Of a stretch of 56,292 nucleotides of DNA, positions 46,751 through 56,292 are shown in pieces. Positions within the stretch are counted from its first letter, which is position 1, and every line of letters begins with the position of its first letter. The position numbers and the translations under genes are program-made. Source of the DNA: a virus (lineage: Duplodnaviria; Caudoviricetes); the IMG/VR virus record IMGVR_UViG_3300025168_000103, positions 1 to 56,292 of that record; one strand, given 5' to 3'. The notes under the pieces were generated by a model. The model was given only the letters and a program-made list of their open reading frames with translations. It ran no database searches and was not told the DNA's origin.

Positions 46751-48289
46751 TTACGATACACTCAATATACCACAAGACAATGGGTTTCTAACAACGATTC
46801 CAGTTTCTGAAAGCACGTGGCATTCAAACTTGTCATCAGCGTTAGCACTTAACATTGATTTTTGGTCATAAGGGTTTACCATTCCAGCTACATACTTCTT
46901 AATCATACTTCTGTTTACTCCTTCAGCTCCTTTAGTAACTAACTCTACGTTAGAAATTCCAGAAGTTTTTCCGAAGTCCATAAACACCATCTTAGCAGAT
47001 TCTTTAAGTCTGTTGTCACCAAAAGCATTAGTTCCACCAGCTGAAGAGTGAATGTTAGGGTCGTCAAATACAGGACAATGAGCAACAGTAATTTTGTTAC
47101 CTAATGCACTATATGAAGAAAAGTTGGCTCCTAAATGAACGTCACCAGCTACACCTTTCATAGAACCACCAGTCATTGAGCCAGAAGGCGCAACAATAAG
47201 GTCTTTCATAGCTCTGTGGAATGCTAATCTACCTTCAGTACCAGTGAATACTACCCACTCGTTACCTTCAGCAGAAGTTGCGTTTAATGAAATCTTAGCA
47301 ATAAACTCAGTAATAATATCTTCTGTTAAAGACCCCATAGAATACGAAGCTTGGTTAGAAGAATCAATTTGAGCTAATAGACCGTCTCCAGTTACAACTG
47401 AACTTCCCATAGCACCTGAAGTTCCTAATAAAGAAGATGTAATAGCTCCTGGTCTTGCAACTGTTGTAGTTTCATTTGTAATAGATTTTCTACCATACCA
47501 TCTTTGTAACTCTTGTTGGTACATAAATTCATCCATCATTTGTTGTTCTCTTGTAAAGTACCATAATCTTGAACCATTATTTTCAATCCAAGTAACGTCA
47601 GTTAAATCTTTACCAGTAACTGAACATTTCTTTCTCATTGTAGTTAAGTAGTTCTTATGTGTAGTTGGATAAGAGAAGTTTTCACCTACATCAGCTCCAT
47701 CAGAACCGTTAGGGAAAGCTGAACCAATAGAAGCTATAATTGCTTCATCAGCAATATCTGCTGGTAAAAGAGCTTGAGCACTAGCGTCAATCATCTCAAA
47801 TTGAACTATGAAGTCTGTTGCAGCTGCTGAAGCTGAAGTGTTTGCAATAGGGTCTGCAACAACTACCGCAGTAGCTCCTGACTGAAATCTAACCATATCC
47901 CATTTGTTCAAAAAGTTACCAGTTCTACCAGTAGCTGTTCCATCAGTGATTAAATAAAATACATCACCATTTGCATCTGCGTCATCTATTGTTCCTCCAG
48001 TTGCTGTTACAGAACCAGCCGCTGTAAATGATGTACCATTAGTACCAAAGAATCCTGTGTTGTAAGATGGACGATTGTATCTACCCATTACTTTCCATTC
48101 AAAAGAATTATCTCCTAATACTTTTTCTGAAGCGAATCTTCCTGTTCGCTCTAATAAATACGTTGCTGCATATCTTGGGTATTGCTGAATCAAAGTTCTA
48201 GCAATCTCTGGATATTGCATCAAGGCCGTATTCAATGCGTTTTCGGCAGTAGTTCCACTACCATAAACGTCTGTTGATAAATTTGCCAT
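46751..48289 (-). CDS. major capsid protein
   Basis: 512 aa; FEWKVMG, NYLTTMRK...VTG, GDGLLAQI, TGTEG motifs; portal-scaffold-MCP gene order. Confidence 0.85.
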   Translation of the reverse strand: MANLSTDVYGSGTTAENALNTALMQYPEIARTLIQQYPRYAATYLLERTGRFASEKVLGDNSFEWKVMGRYNRPSYNTGFFGTNGTSFTAAGSVTATGGTIDDADANGDVFYLITDGTATGRTGNFLNKWDMVRFQSGATAVVVADPIANTSASAAATDFIVQFEMIDASAQALLPADIADEAIIASIGSAFPNGSDGADVGENFSYPTTHKNYLTTMRKKCSVTGKDLTDVTWIENNGSRLWYFTREQQMMDEFMYQQELQRWYGRKSITNETTTVARPGAITSSLLGTSGAMGSSVVTGDGLLAQIDSSNQASYSMGSLTEDIITEFIAKISLNATSAEGNEWVVFTGTEGRLAFHRAMKDLIVAPSGSMTGGSMKGVAGDVHLGANFSSYSALGNKITVAHCPVFDDPNIHSSAGGTNAFGDNRLKESAKMVFMDFGKTSGISNVELVTKGAEGVNRSMIKKYVAGMVNPYDQKSMLSANADDKFECHVLSETGIVVRNPLSCGILSVS

Positions 48290-48373
48290 TTTTTTTTAAA
48301 TTTATTAATTAAACATTATTGTTATTTTGCTCAATTAACTTTCAACTATATCAGACTTTGTCTTACTTTTTGT

Positions 48374-49369
48374 CTACTCGCTCATGAACGCTTTTGGGTC
48401 AAACGCATCCCCCTTCGGTTGATATGGATTACGACTTTTCCCATTGTTAAGGTTTGGTGATTGTATAGAGTCCATTAAACTTTTACTACCTTCATTTCTA
48501 CCTTGAGAACGAAGAATGTCTTTGATTTGGTCTTTATATAGCAGAAACATAGCAACGTCAGCAACATTGGCATGACTTTTCCATAATTCATTCGCCATAT
48601 CTTTAGTAGCAAATCTATACACCTCTTCCTTCTGTTTTTTTGTTACTTTACCTCCCATGAACCTATCCATTTCTTTTAAGTGACCTTGTAAACCTTCTCT
48701 AGCTTCACTTATTTTTTTATTTTTTTCTTCTACATTTTGTTGTTGTGTAACAGATAAATTTTCTTTAGCTTGTTTTATAGCTCCCTTTATATTTCTTTTT
48801 ATTTCTCTACCTTTAATAGCAATTAAACCATTACGCTGCATTTTATCAACAGTATCGTCTATTTCAGATTGAGTTAAGCCGTCTGCCTTCAATTCTTCTA
48901 TTACTAACTCTTTATTAGAATAATCTAAGTAGTTTTGTAATGTAGAAATTTCTGGACTTGTGACTTCTTCTTCCTGAGTGTCTTGTTCTGTATCTTTACT
49001 ATTCATAGCTTTCATGGTTTGTCTAATTTCTTCTTTAGAAGCATTAGGCATTCCTAATTGTTTAGCTACTTTACCCCAGTCTAAATCGTCATCTTCTTCT
49101 ACTTCTGATTTAGCTTCCCAGTCATAAGACTCTTCCGACTCTGTTTCTTCTTCTTCTTCAATGTTTTTTTCCCATTTCCATCCATCTTCATTAGTAACAG
49201 GTTGTCCTTTATCATCCTCATCTGTCGTAGGAGTATCTGGACCTAACCCTTCTGTAGGAGTGTCTGATGCAAATGCTAATGGATTGAATGATTCTGTGTT
49301 TTCTTTTGTTTCATTAGAAGCTGATTCACTAGTAACCTCTTCTACTAAACTTGATTTTTCTTCTGACAT
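48374..49369 (-). CDS. putative scaffolding protein
   Basis: Highly acidic N-terminus and coiled coil, between portal and MCP. Confidence 0.65.
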   Translation of the reverse strand: MSEEKSSLVEEVTSESASNETKENTESFNPLAFASDTPTEGLGPDTPTTDEDDKGQPVTNEDGWKWEKNIEEEEETESEESYDWEAKSEVEEDDDLDWGKVAKQLGMPNASKEEIRQTMKAMNSKDTEQDTQEEEVTSPEISTLQNYLDYSNKELVIEELKADGLTQSEIDDTVDKMQRNGLIAIKGREIKRNIKGAIKQAKENLSVTQQQNVEEKNKKISEAREGLQGHLKEMDRFMGGKVTKKQKEEVYRFATKDMANELWKSHANVADVAMFLLYKDQIKDILRSQGRNEGSKSLMDSIQSPNLNNGKSRNPYQPKGDAFDPKAFMSE

Positions 49370-49399
49370 ATTTTTTTAATTTATTTATTCCCTATTTTG

Positions 49400-49407
49400 C
49401 AAAGATA
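49400..49407 (-). promoter_or_regulatory. Bacteroidota -7 box (TATCTTTG) for the scaffold/MCP operon
   Basis: TAnnTTTGCA in the intergenic gap. Confidence 0.7.
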
Positions 49408-49411
49408 CAAA

Positions 49412-51706
49412 TTATTTTGTAACTTTATCCTTTGCTCTTAATTTATCCTCCATTGTAGTAGGAGACTCTCCAGTAAAACTATTTTTTTCTTTTTCAGAAT
49501 TACTAGTATCTTTATTTATTTCATGGTCAGCTAATTTTTTATTGAAATCTGCGTCTTGAGCTGAGTCATGTATATCTCTCTTGTCTTCAGACTGTAATGT
49601 TGCAACCGCCATTCTAGATTCAGCTTGTATTTCCGCCACTTGTATTTTAGTGTCGTTATCCATTTTCTTAAGCTCTGCTTCTGCTTGAAATTTAGCTTGG
49701 TCAGATTCTTGTTGAGCTTGCATTTGTTGCATAACTTGTTGTTGTTCTTCAGCCGCTTGTTCTTTCATTTTATCCATACCTTGTTCTAAAACTTTTTCTG
49801 CTTCAGTCATAGTATCTGCTTTAAGTACTTTTAAAATGTTAAGTAAGTCAATATTACCTGCTTGTAATGCAGATTGAGCTAATTGTTGTACTACTTGTTT
49901 CATAGCGTCGTCTTTACCACTATCCCCAACGTGAACACCATAATCTTGTAAAGCAACTGAAGGCATAATGTTTAAAAATTTATAAGCTCCATCTCCTAAT
50001 ATCATTGCTGCTTTTTTACCACCCGACCAAGCAATCTTCATATTATTACACAAACTTTCTAAAACTCTTTGTTTTACTTCTGCGTGTGAATAAAACCAAG
50101 ACTCTGTAATAGTTGATGATTGAACTACACTTCTTTGTACGTTACCTACATATTCATACTGTTCTACCGCACCTTCTCTTTGTCTAGTAACTCCAGAAAG
50201 TTGACCAGCCATATCTTCTAACATAATTTTTAGATTAATTAACTGTTGTACAGATTGTGATAATGTAAAATCAACTTGTTGAAATTGATTGAAACTACTC
50301 ATTTGACCACCTTCATCTTTTGAGTTAATAGGTATAATACCATCTGTCTTTAAATGATACAATACAGTTTGCATATCCATACCTACATTTGTTGGTATTT
50401 GTGACGTGTCATATACTACCGCTTTGCCACCAGAACGAGCCATAGCTAATTCTATTTGGTATATTACAATATTATATAACATCTGTGTATTAGCTAATAT
50501 ATCTACCATTGAGTTTGGATGTCCCGTAGTATTACCTTTTATACATCCAATATAAGACAAACTAGTTTTACCTGGGTCATCTACACTTCTAACTTGGTTG
50601 TCTCTTCTTTTAGCTTTTACTAATATTTTGCCACCAATTTTTGTAGCTTCCCATATGTCATCTACCCACTTAGTTTCTATAGTATCACCTTTTCTTTTTT
50701 TGTATGTGTCTCTTACCATTTTTCTAAATGGTCTATCTGGGTCATATTTATTAGGAGATATTTTAAACTTAATAGCTCTTAATGATTTCCATTCAGCTGT
50801 TACTATACGAATACGATTTTCTTTACCATGAGCACTATCCACCCATAGTAATTGATTATTATAATCACTCATATCTTGACCATAAGAATTTCTCATTTCA
50901 TCTAATAAAAGTAAATCATCTTTTGTTAAGTATTCTTTGAACTCGTCATTTATTTCATTAACAGATAACCATCTTTCTTCTCCCACCCAAGCTGCGTCAT
51001 CTAAATAATCAGAATGTACAGACGTATCATATATTACAGAACGTGGGTCTACCCTACGTGCGTGAGGGTCTCCGTTTACTATGTCTACTTTAAAAAATTC
51101 TTTACCAGTAACTAATAAATCTCTAAACCCTTCTTTAAATTTATCTTTTAAATTATATCTGTTTAACACATACTCTAGTCCGTCTTGTGCATTCTCCTCT
51201 ACCATTTCTCGGTAGTTATATTTCATATATATACCTATGTCATCTGGCACTGGCATTCCTTGACCTTCATCTGTTATAGGAGCTCCGTATGTTTCTTCAA
51301 AATCTTTATGTATATCTTCCAACAACGATTTCATTTCTATAGCAACCTTATGGTCCAACTTCCTTATTACAGCTTCTTTATTTATAGTAGACACCTTCAT
51401 GTCTATAGGTCTTTTTAATTCTTCACCAACTAATAAATCAATTTTAGGAGTAATAATAGGATAATTAACTAATCTTGCAGGATATGATAATCCGTATTGT
51501 TCAGTAATATAAGCGTAGTCACCCTGATTAATATTTCCATTGTATATTGAATAGTTATTGATGTCTCTTGTTCTTGAGTCTCCATATGAACTTTCGTTAT
51601 ATGACATATAACTAACTATTGAACCTAAAACAGAATTACACCATTCGTCATTCTTTTCTTTTTCTGATACCATCATTGATGGAAATGCACTGTACTCTTT
51701 ACTCAT
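49412..51706 (-). CDS. portal protein
   Basis: NYPIITPKIDLLVGEE, DLLVTG, WEATKIG, GVTRQREG and a Q-rich C-terminal barrel helix. Confidence 0.9.
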   Translation of the reverse strand: MSKEYSAFPSMMVSEKEKNDEWCNSVLGSIVSYMSYNESSYGDSRTRDINNYSIYNGNINQGDYAYITEQYGLSYPARLVNYPIITPKIDLLVGEELKRPIDMKVSTINKEAVIRKLDHKVAIEMKSLLEDIHKDFEETYGAPITDEGQGMPVPDDIGIYMKYNYREMVEENAQDGLEYVLNRYNLKDKFKEGFRDLLVTGKEFFKVDIVNGDPHARRVDPRSVIYDTSVHSDYLDDAAWVGEERWLSVNEINDEFKEYLTKDDLLLLDEMRNSYGQDMSDYNNQLLWVDSAHGKENRIRIVTAEWKSLRAIKFKISPNKYDPDRPFRKMVRDTYKKRKGDTIETKWVDDIWEATKIGGKILVKAKRRDNQVRSVDDPGKTSLSYIGCIKGNTTGHPNSMVDILANTQMLYNIVIYQIELAMARSGGKAVVYDTSQIPTNVGMDMQTVLYHLKTDGIIPINSKDEGGQMSSFNQFQQVDFTLSQSVQQLINLKIMLEDMAGQLSGVTRQREGAVEQYEYVGNVQRSVVQSSTITESWFYSHAEVKQRVLESLCNNMKIAWSGGKKAAMILGDGAYKFLNIMPSVALQDYGVHVGDSGKDDAMKQVVQQLAQSALQAGNIDLLNILKVLKADTMTEAEKVLEQGMDKMKEQAAEEQQQVMQQMQAQQESDQAKFQAEAELKKMDNDTKIQVAEIQAESRMAVATLQSEDKRDIHDSAQDADFNKKLADHEINKDTSNSEKEKNSFTGESPTTMEDKLRAKDKVTK

Positions 51707-51707
51707 T

Positions 51708-53525
51708 TTAATTTAATTTAATTGGAGTACCATTATGACCCCTTGTATAATATTTTAGACCTATGTCTATTGACTCTTGCTTTTCTTCTACTCTCATTCT
51801 ATAATTATCTATATTATGTATTAAGCATATACCAAAAGCCATCGCTCGGTCAGTATTCTGTAATCCATAATTTGCTAATTCATCTATTAAATCTAAAAAC
51901 CAAATCTCTTTGATATTTTCTCTAATATAATCATCTATCAAATCTTCCAACAAAGTCTTCACTTGTTTGTTCATGTGAACACCGTATTGGTTTCTTGTTC
52001 TAGAGCCTGGATTATGAGCAGACTCTGGTTTTTCTTTTAAATATTTTAACGCATTCATACGTTTAAAATAATCTAATATACCTATCTTTGTATATTCTAC
52101 CAACATCTTACTGTTATAGTATACTGCTAATTTCAAACATCCGTCCCAAAAATCTTCTTTTTTCTTAGGTCTGTCTGTATATTCAGCGACAACATAATCG
52201 CTTGGTATATTTGTATTTGCAAATCTACGATAAATTATTGCACTTCCCAAAGAATCTGACGCTCCTGCTTCATCTTGGTCGTAAGAATCTATTCCTCCTA
52301 TGTCAATTCCTTTATATTCTGGCATTGGATGTGATAAAATTTTAAAGGGTCCAGCAGGATGTGGCCTCCACATAACCTTTAATTCTTGGTCATCATTTAG
52401 CACCCAGTCTAAATATCCTGACTGTATTTGATTCTTATAATCTTTACTTGCAAGTATTCTTGACCTTTGTGCATTAAGTAAGGATATGTCAAATCTACTT
52501 TCTTTAGTGTTTAAAAACGCTTCTTCAATTGTTAAGGGGTAGTTTTGTATATGTAAATTATAAGCTTCATTATCTCCAGACTTTCTAATTATTTCTCTAT
52601 CCTCACTAAGCTTGTCTTTAGCTCCATTAATATCCTCTACTCCTGTTTCTATATCAAAAAATCCATAGTAAGCTTTTGACGCTGGTATAAACATAGGTAT
52701 AAGATTATAAGCGTCGTGACTGTAATACATATCCATAAAATCTTTAGAAGCTTTAGATATATCACCACCTGTACCTCCAACAATAGGAACTCCAAATTGT
52801 ATATCACCATCCATGAAACACGCTTTAGATGACATGTATGCATTTTTCAAATGCTTAAATTCCCCCGCTTCTTCAAACACCATTAAAGAAGTTCTTTCTC
52901 CTTTAAATACCTCTGGATTATCCATTGTTCTACATATAATTGTAGATTGATATCCACCAATTTCCCACTTACCGTCTTTGTTTTTTTGTTTGTAGCCTGA
53001 ACGTAATATACCATCTGTGTCTTTTAATACTGAATGTTTAAAGTTAGGGTGTATACCATTTAATCCTTTTTTAGTTTTATCAAAGAATGCGTCAGCAGTT
53101 GCTTGTAATCCTGCCGCTACACCTATATCATTATATGGGAAGAATGTATATTCATGAGCAACCATACCAGAGTTCATATAAGAAAACCCTTTGTCCCTGG
53201 CTTTTATAACAATCATTCCCTTTCCTTCTTGTTTGCACGTTTCAAACAAATTAAAATATTCTCTATCCATCTCTCTATACCACGGATGTATTAAAGATTT
53301 TCTTCCACCTTTTTCTCCACTGTTACCTAGTATATAATAAAAATTTAAATAAAAATAATACTTACCAGATATCCAAGGCATACCTTTTGGTTTAAAACCA
53401 TTAATACATCTTTCTTGTTGCTCAGTCCACCACTCTTGATATGAAACAGAACCGTGTTCTAAATCAGGAAACCCTTTATTTGGTATAGGTCTATATCTTT
53501 GTGGGTCAAATTTAATCTTACCCAT
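51708..53525 (-). CDS. terL: terminase large subunit
   Basis: KARDKGFSY (Walker A), LMVFEEAG (Walker B), GGTGG, GGIDSYD nuclease motif, NTDRAMA. Confidence 0.93.
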   Translation of the reverse strand: MGKIKFDPQRYRPIPNKGFPDLEHGSVSYQEWWTEQQERCINGFKPKGMPWISGKYYFYLNFYYILGNSGEKGGRKSLIHPWYREMDREYFNLFETCKQEGKGMIVIKARDKGFSYMNSGMVAHEYTFFPYNDIGVAAGLQATADAFFDKTKKGLNGIHPNFKHSVLKDTDGILRSGYKQKNKDGKWEIGGYQSTIICRTMDNPEVFKGERTSLMVFEEAGEFKHLKNAYMSSKACFMDGDIQFGVPIVGGTGGDISKASKDFMDMYYSHDAYNLIPMFIPASKAYYGFFDIETGVEDINGAKDKLSEDREIIRKSGDNEAYNLHIQNYPLTIEEAFLNTKESRFDISLLNAQRSRILASKDYKNQIQSGYLDWVLNDDQELKVMWRPHPAGPFKILSHPMPEYKGIDIGGIDSYDQDEAGASDSLGSAIIYRRFANTNIPSDYVVAEYTDRPKKKEDFWDGCLKLAVYYNSKMLVEYTKIGILDYFKRMNALKYLKEKPESAHNPGSRTRNQYGVHMNKQVKTLLEDLIDDYIRENIKEIWFLDLIDELANYGLQNTDRAMAFGICLIHNIDNYRMRVEEKQESIDIGLKYYTRGHNGTPIKLN

Positions 53526-53808
53526 ATCTTAACCTTTTTGGTTTATCAAATCCAAATAAATTTTTACCTTTCATTTTATTAATTTCCTTACCCTCCATCC
53601 AATCTTTTAAATTTGTATTATAATTATCCAAAGCGTATTGATTGTATTCTTCTGCTCTTTCCCAATTATTTCTTTTGTAATGATAAGAGTATCGTCCTTT
53701 TAAGTATATAAGATTATTCTTTTTTTTAATCGTATTAGTTGTTCCTTTCCGATTGACTTCAATAGGTTTCTTTCTTAATCTTATAGGTTTTCTAATACTT
53801 TTATTCAT
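53518..53808 (-). CDS. basic hypothetical protein
   Basis: 96-aa ORF coupled to its neighbours. Confidence 0.6.
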   Translation of the reverse strand: MNKSIRKPIRLRKKPIEVNRKGTTNTIKKKNNLIYLKGRYSYHYKRNNWERAEEYNQYALDNYNTNLKDWMEGKEINKMKGKNLFGFDKPKRLRYG

Positions 53809-54338
53809 TACATTTCTTTTATTTTTTTACGATTCTCTAAGAAAGATAACCCTTTGTTACCAGCGATTTTTTGTCTTTCTCCTCTTCTTTCAATAGAGTC
53901 TAATAAAGATTGCCTTGTCTTTAATATTTTTTCTACACCTATCATAAGTTTTTGTAATAACTCTGCATTTTCTTCATTTAAAAACATACCGTCAATCAGA
54001 TTCGTAAACTCATTAATCTTTTTATTAAAAGCTATAAGTTGTTCATCTAAAGGGTCAAACTGTAATTCTTTATACTTATTTGCCGCAACAATCATTTCTG
54101 GTTTTTTATATCCAGACCATGTATAGCTTTTGTATAAATCCATAGAAACAGCTTTTACTCTTTCTTTTTCTGTATAATGTCTATAGGGACTTTCGTAATC
54201 ATATACCATTGCAATCCACTTCATTGCGTATTGTCCTAGTTTTTCCGCATCTAAAACTGCTTTAAATTCTGGTACAAGAGTTACTCCATTATCACCTTTT
54301 ACTATGTCTCCCTTTTTATCTATTTGTAATAAATACAT
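53808..54338 (-). CDS. candidate terminase small subunit
   Basis: Helical 176-aa protein with D..SPY motif shortly upstream of terL. The call rests mainly on position. Confidence 0.45.
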   Translation of the reverse strand: MYLLQIDKKGDIVKGDNGVTLVPEFKAVLDAEKLGQYAMKWIAMVYDYESPYRHYTEKERVKAVSMDLYKSYTWSGYKKPEMIVAANKYKELQFDPLDEQLIAFNKKINEFTNLIDGMFLNEENAELLQKLMIGVEKILKTRQSLLDSIERRGERQKIAGNKGLSFLENRKKIKEM

Positions 54339-54339
54339 A

Positions 54340-54603
54340 CTATAATGTTATGTGCATTAATTTAAAGGTATTTTTAAATTTTACTTTACTAGTTTTTTTT
54401 CTGTATAATTTATCTAAAGAATAGTTTGGGTTTTTACAAATTGAAACTTTATTATCTAAATATATAAAATTATTATCTTCTATTCTATCTATAAGTTTTT
54501 CTTCTTCTTTTAATAGTAAAAATATATCATCATAGTTTTTTTCTAAATAAAAAAAATTACCCTTCTTTATTATTTTTCCTTTTGCATTATTCATAATATT
54601 CAT
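54340..54603 (-). CDS. hypothetical protein
   Basis: Probable start at MNIMNN, because the ORF-track start overlaps a promoter box. Confidence 0.5.
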   Translation of the reverse strand: MNIMNNAKGKIIKKGNFFYLEKNYDDIFLLLKEEEKLIDRIEDNNFIYLDNKVSICKNPNYSLDKLYRKKTSKVKFKNTFKLMHITL

Positions 54604-54607
54604 TTTA

Positions 54608-54615
54608 CAAATATA
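54608..54615 (-). promoter_or_regulatory. Bacteroidota -7 box (TATATTTG) for the packaging operon
   Basis: TAnnTTTGTAAAATG, overlapped by the inverted repeat TATACAAA-N5-TTTGTATA (54612-54632). Confidence 0.6.
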
Positions 54616-54637
54616 CAAAATTTATTTGTATAGTTTT

Positions 54638-54671
54638 AAAAAACAGAAAACCCCTTTTTGATAAAGAGGTT
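54638..54671 (-). terminator. rho-independent terminator
   Basis: AACCTCTTT-loop-AAAGGGGTT followed by TTCTGTTTTT. Confidence 0.7.
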
Positions 54672-54721
54672 AACTGAATGAAAACATGGAAAGATAAAGA
54701 AGTTACAAAATTACAAAAAAA

Positions 54722-56287
54722 TTATTTATTATAAGGATTTATCATATTAAATATTTCTCCAGTTTTTTCTTTCACTTGATTATCGTATGCTATTTCGTCA
54801 ACTTCTTCTTTTGTAATTAATTGATTTTCATCATATATGCTGTAAGTCCCCCCGTCTTCATATCCGTAAAGATTAGACTCCGAAGGAGTCAATTTTTGGC
54901 CCATGTCTTGAGTGGGCGTAACATTCATCCCTTCCGTGGGAAGTACTTCTGTTTCTTCCGTGGGTAAAACTTTTGGCTCTACATAAGTGGCGTCATAATA
55001 TGTAAGTGATTTTTTGTCGCTAGAACCCTGATTTCCTAAATCATTCACATCTATAGTGTAATATTTTGTTTCATCATGTTCGTAATCTTCTCCTAAAGTT
55101 CCTAATGAATAGTTTAACTCTTTGTTCCATCTATTAAAAGTTGCGGATTCTTTTCCTGGATGAGAAACATCAGTTCTAACTCCTATTCCTCCTTGGTCGT
55201 CTACTATTTTATCAGTTTGATATATAACATTATGAAACTCTTCTGATGATAATTTACCATCATATTTATTCATTAAGTCTGCAATAGTAATTTGTAAAGC
55301 TCTTTTTGTAGAAGCGTTTTTATTTCTATCGATTGTTCTGTTGTCATCATCGTAATGAGAGTCTCCTGTAAAGTGTACTACAGAAGATAATACAGTAAAG
55401 TCTTCAAAGTTTGAAACTTTATTAAATAAGTCGGAATTATTATTATAATTCTTATCTACAGACTTACTGACAATCTCTGTTTGTGTTGTGTTACTAAATT
55501 TAATCTTTTCTACATATTCCTCAAGTTTATCATCATCCCAACCAAGGTCAGCTTTAATGGTCTTAATACTTTTACCAGTCATATCGTAATTGGTAAAACC
55601 TCCTTTTCCATCAGATTTTTTATATTGCAGTCCTTTTATAATAGATTTAGCGTCTTCCTTACTTATTCCGTGCTTTATTAAAGATTTTTCTGTTGTTACC
55701 GCTTTCACATCTATTCCCGAACCAAATGTAATTCCTGAACCATCAGTTACTAGATGTCCATATGGATGATATCCTTCAGTTTTTGAGAAATGTGTTAGTA
55801 AAGATTTTTGTTGTTCTGGTGTTAGTTTGTCAAAGCTTGTGTATTTAAAGTCTTCTTTAGTTACCGCTTTTTTTTTACCTCCGTCAAAATACATTTTACC
55901 TCCTTTTTTAAAAGAAGTAACTTTTGGAACTACAAGAGGGTGATTTATAGATTTACTTCCATACGGAGTTAATCCTTGATATCCACTTCCTGCTCCTCCT
56001 CCTCCAGATGCTAATGAATCGTCACCCATAAGAGAACCAGATTCTCCAGTTAAAAGGTTACCATCATCACCCATTGCTCTATTATAAGGCTGGAATTGAC
56101 GTGGTGTACCCATTCCTCCATCTCCACCATCAACCGCAGTAAACCATTGTGGAACTAATTGACCACTACCTGTACCTCCTTCTACATATTCAGGAACTTT
56201 ACCTCCACCATAATATTTATTATAAGCATTATCAGGATTTGCTAATACTTCAGGTACGTGTTTAAACTTACCTATCATTTCTATCAT
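54722..56287 (-). CDS. cargo protein with pesticin/T4-lysozyme-like muramidase domain (probably 5'-truncated by the window)
   Basis: TEGYHPYGHLV..GSGITFGSGIDV motif; repeated [YF]xxGG motifs; frame open to the window end. Confidence 0.65.
   Translation of the reverse strand: MIEMIGKFKHVPEVLANPDNAYNKYYGGGKVPEYVEGGTGSGQLVPQWFTAVDGGDGGMGTPRQFQPYNRAMGDDGNLLTGESGSLMGDDSLASGGGGAGSGYQGLTPYGSKSINHPLVVPKVTSFKKGGKMYFDGGKKKAVTKEDFKYTSFDKLTPEQQKSLLTHFSKTEGYHPYGHLVTDGSGITFGSGIDVKAVTTEKSLIKHGISKEDAKSIIKGLQYKKSDGKGGFTNYDMTGKSIKTIKADLGWDDDKLEEYVEKIKFSNTTQTEIVSKSVDKNYNNNSDLFNKVSNFEDFTVLSSVVHFTGDSHYDDDNRTIDRNKNASTKRALQITIADLMNKYDGKLSSEEFHNVIYQTDKIVDDQGGIGVRTDVSHPGKESATFNRWNKELNYSLGTLGEDYEHDETKYYTIDVNDLGNQGSSDKKSLTYYDATYVEPKVLPTEETEVLPTEGMNVTPTQDMGQKLTPSESNLYGYEDGGTYSIYDENQLITKEEVDEIAYDNQVKEKTGEIFNMINPYNK
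54915..54975 (-). repeat. 24-nt (8-aa) imperfect tandem repeat
   Basis: VLPTEETE/VLPTEGMN/VTPTQ; CTTCCGTGGG at 54931 and 54955. Confidence 0.6.
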
Positions 56288-56292
56288 ATCTT

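Noticed and set aside
44033-48373. tRNA or structured ncRNA genes in intergenic gaps
   Set aside because: The gaps are short, with no cloverleaf or T-loop motif; only simple hairpins were seen.
15510-53525. Stop-codon reassignment as seen in some Crassvirales
   Set aside because: Long genes are uninterrupted in the standard code, and TAG (44152, 48374) and TGA (11251) appear to act as real stops.
51708-53525. Intron or intein in terL (also MCP and portal)
   Set aside because: The lengths are normal, the motifs are contiguous, and there are no splicing or homing-endonuclease signatures.
1-56292. Prophage or host chromosomal flank
   Set aside because: No integrase, att site or housekeeping genes. 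The host-like genes (T9SS cargo, barrel) are coupled to phage genes and share the GATC avoidance.

Overview
AT-rich lytic phage genome segment with the gene order of a crAss-like (Crassvirales-type) podovirus. The host is probably a Bacteroidota (Flavobacteriales-like), judged from TAnnTTTG promoter boxes and a T9SS-type C-terminal signal. Bases 1-2826 (+ strand) are the end of a DNA-metabolism module: DUF3310-like protein, spore-photoproduct-lyase-family radical SAM enzyme and Dam-family methyltransferase. Bases 2823-56292 (- strand) are the late module, read from the right: muramidase-bearing cargo protein, TerS candidate, TerL, portal, scaffold, major capsid, ring/IHF/stabilisation proteins, three ejection proteins, and a 3969-aa virion RNA polymerase polyprotein. 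These are followed by an envelope-targeted accessory cassette, lysis genes and a metallophosphoesterase. Highlights: (1) a motif, [IV][TN]RAKK[AS], occurs three times in the vRNAP polyprotein and brackets the zincin protease and RNAP regions, suggesting autoproteolysis sites; (2) a phage cassette encodes a T9SS-cargo-like Cys-repeat protein, an outer-membrane beta-barrel, a CxxC-less exported thioredoxin fold and a membrane protein; (3) GATC appears strongly avoided despite the Dam-family MTase. All assignments come from motif recognition by eye; no searches were run.
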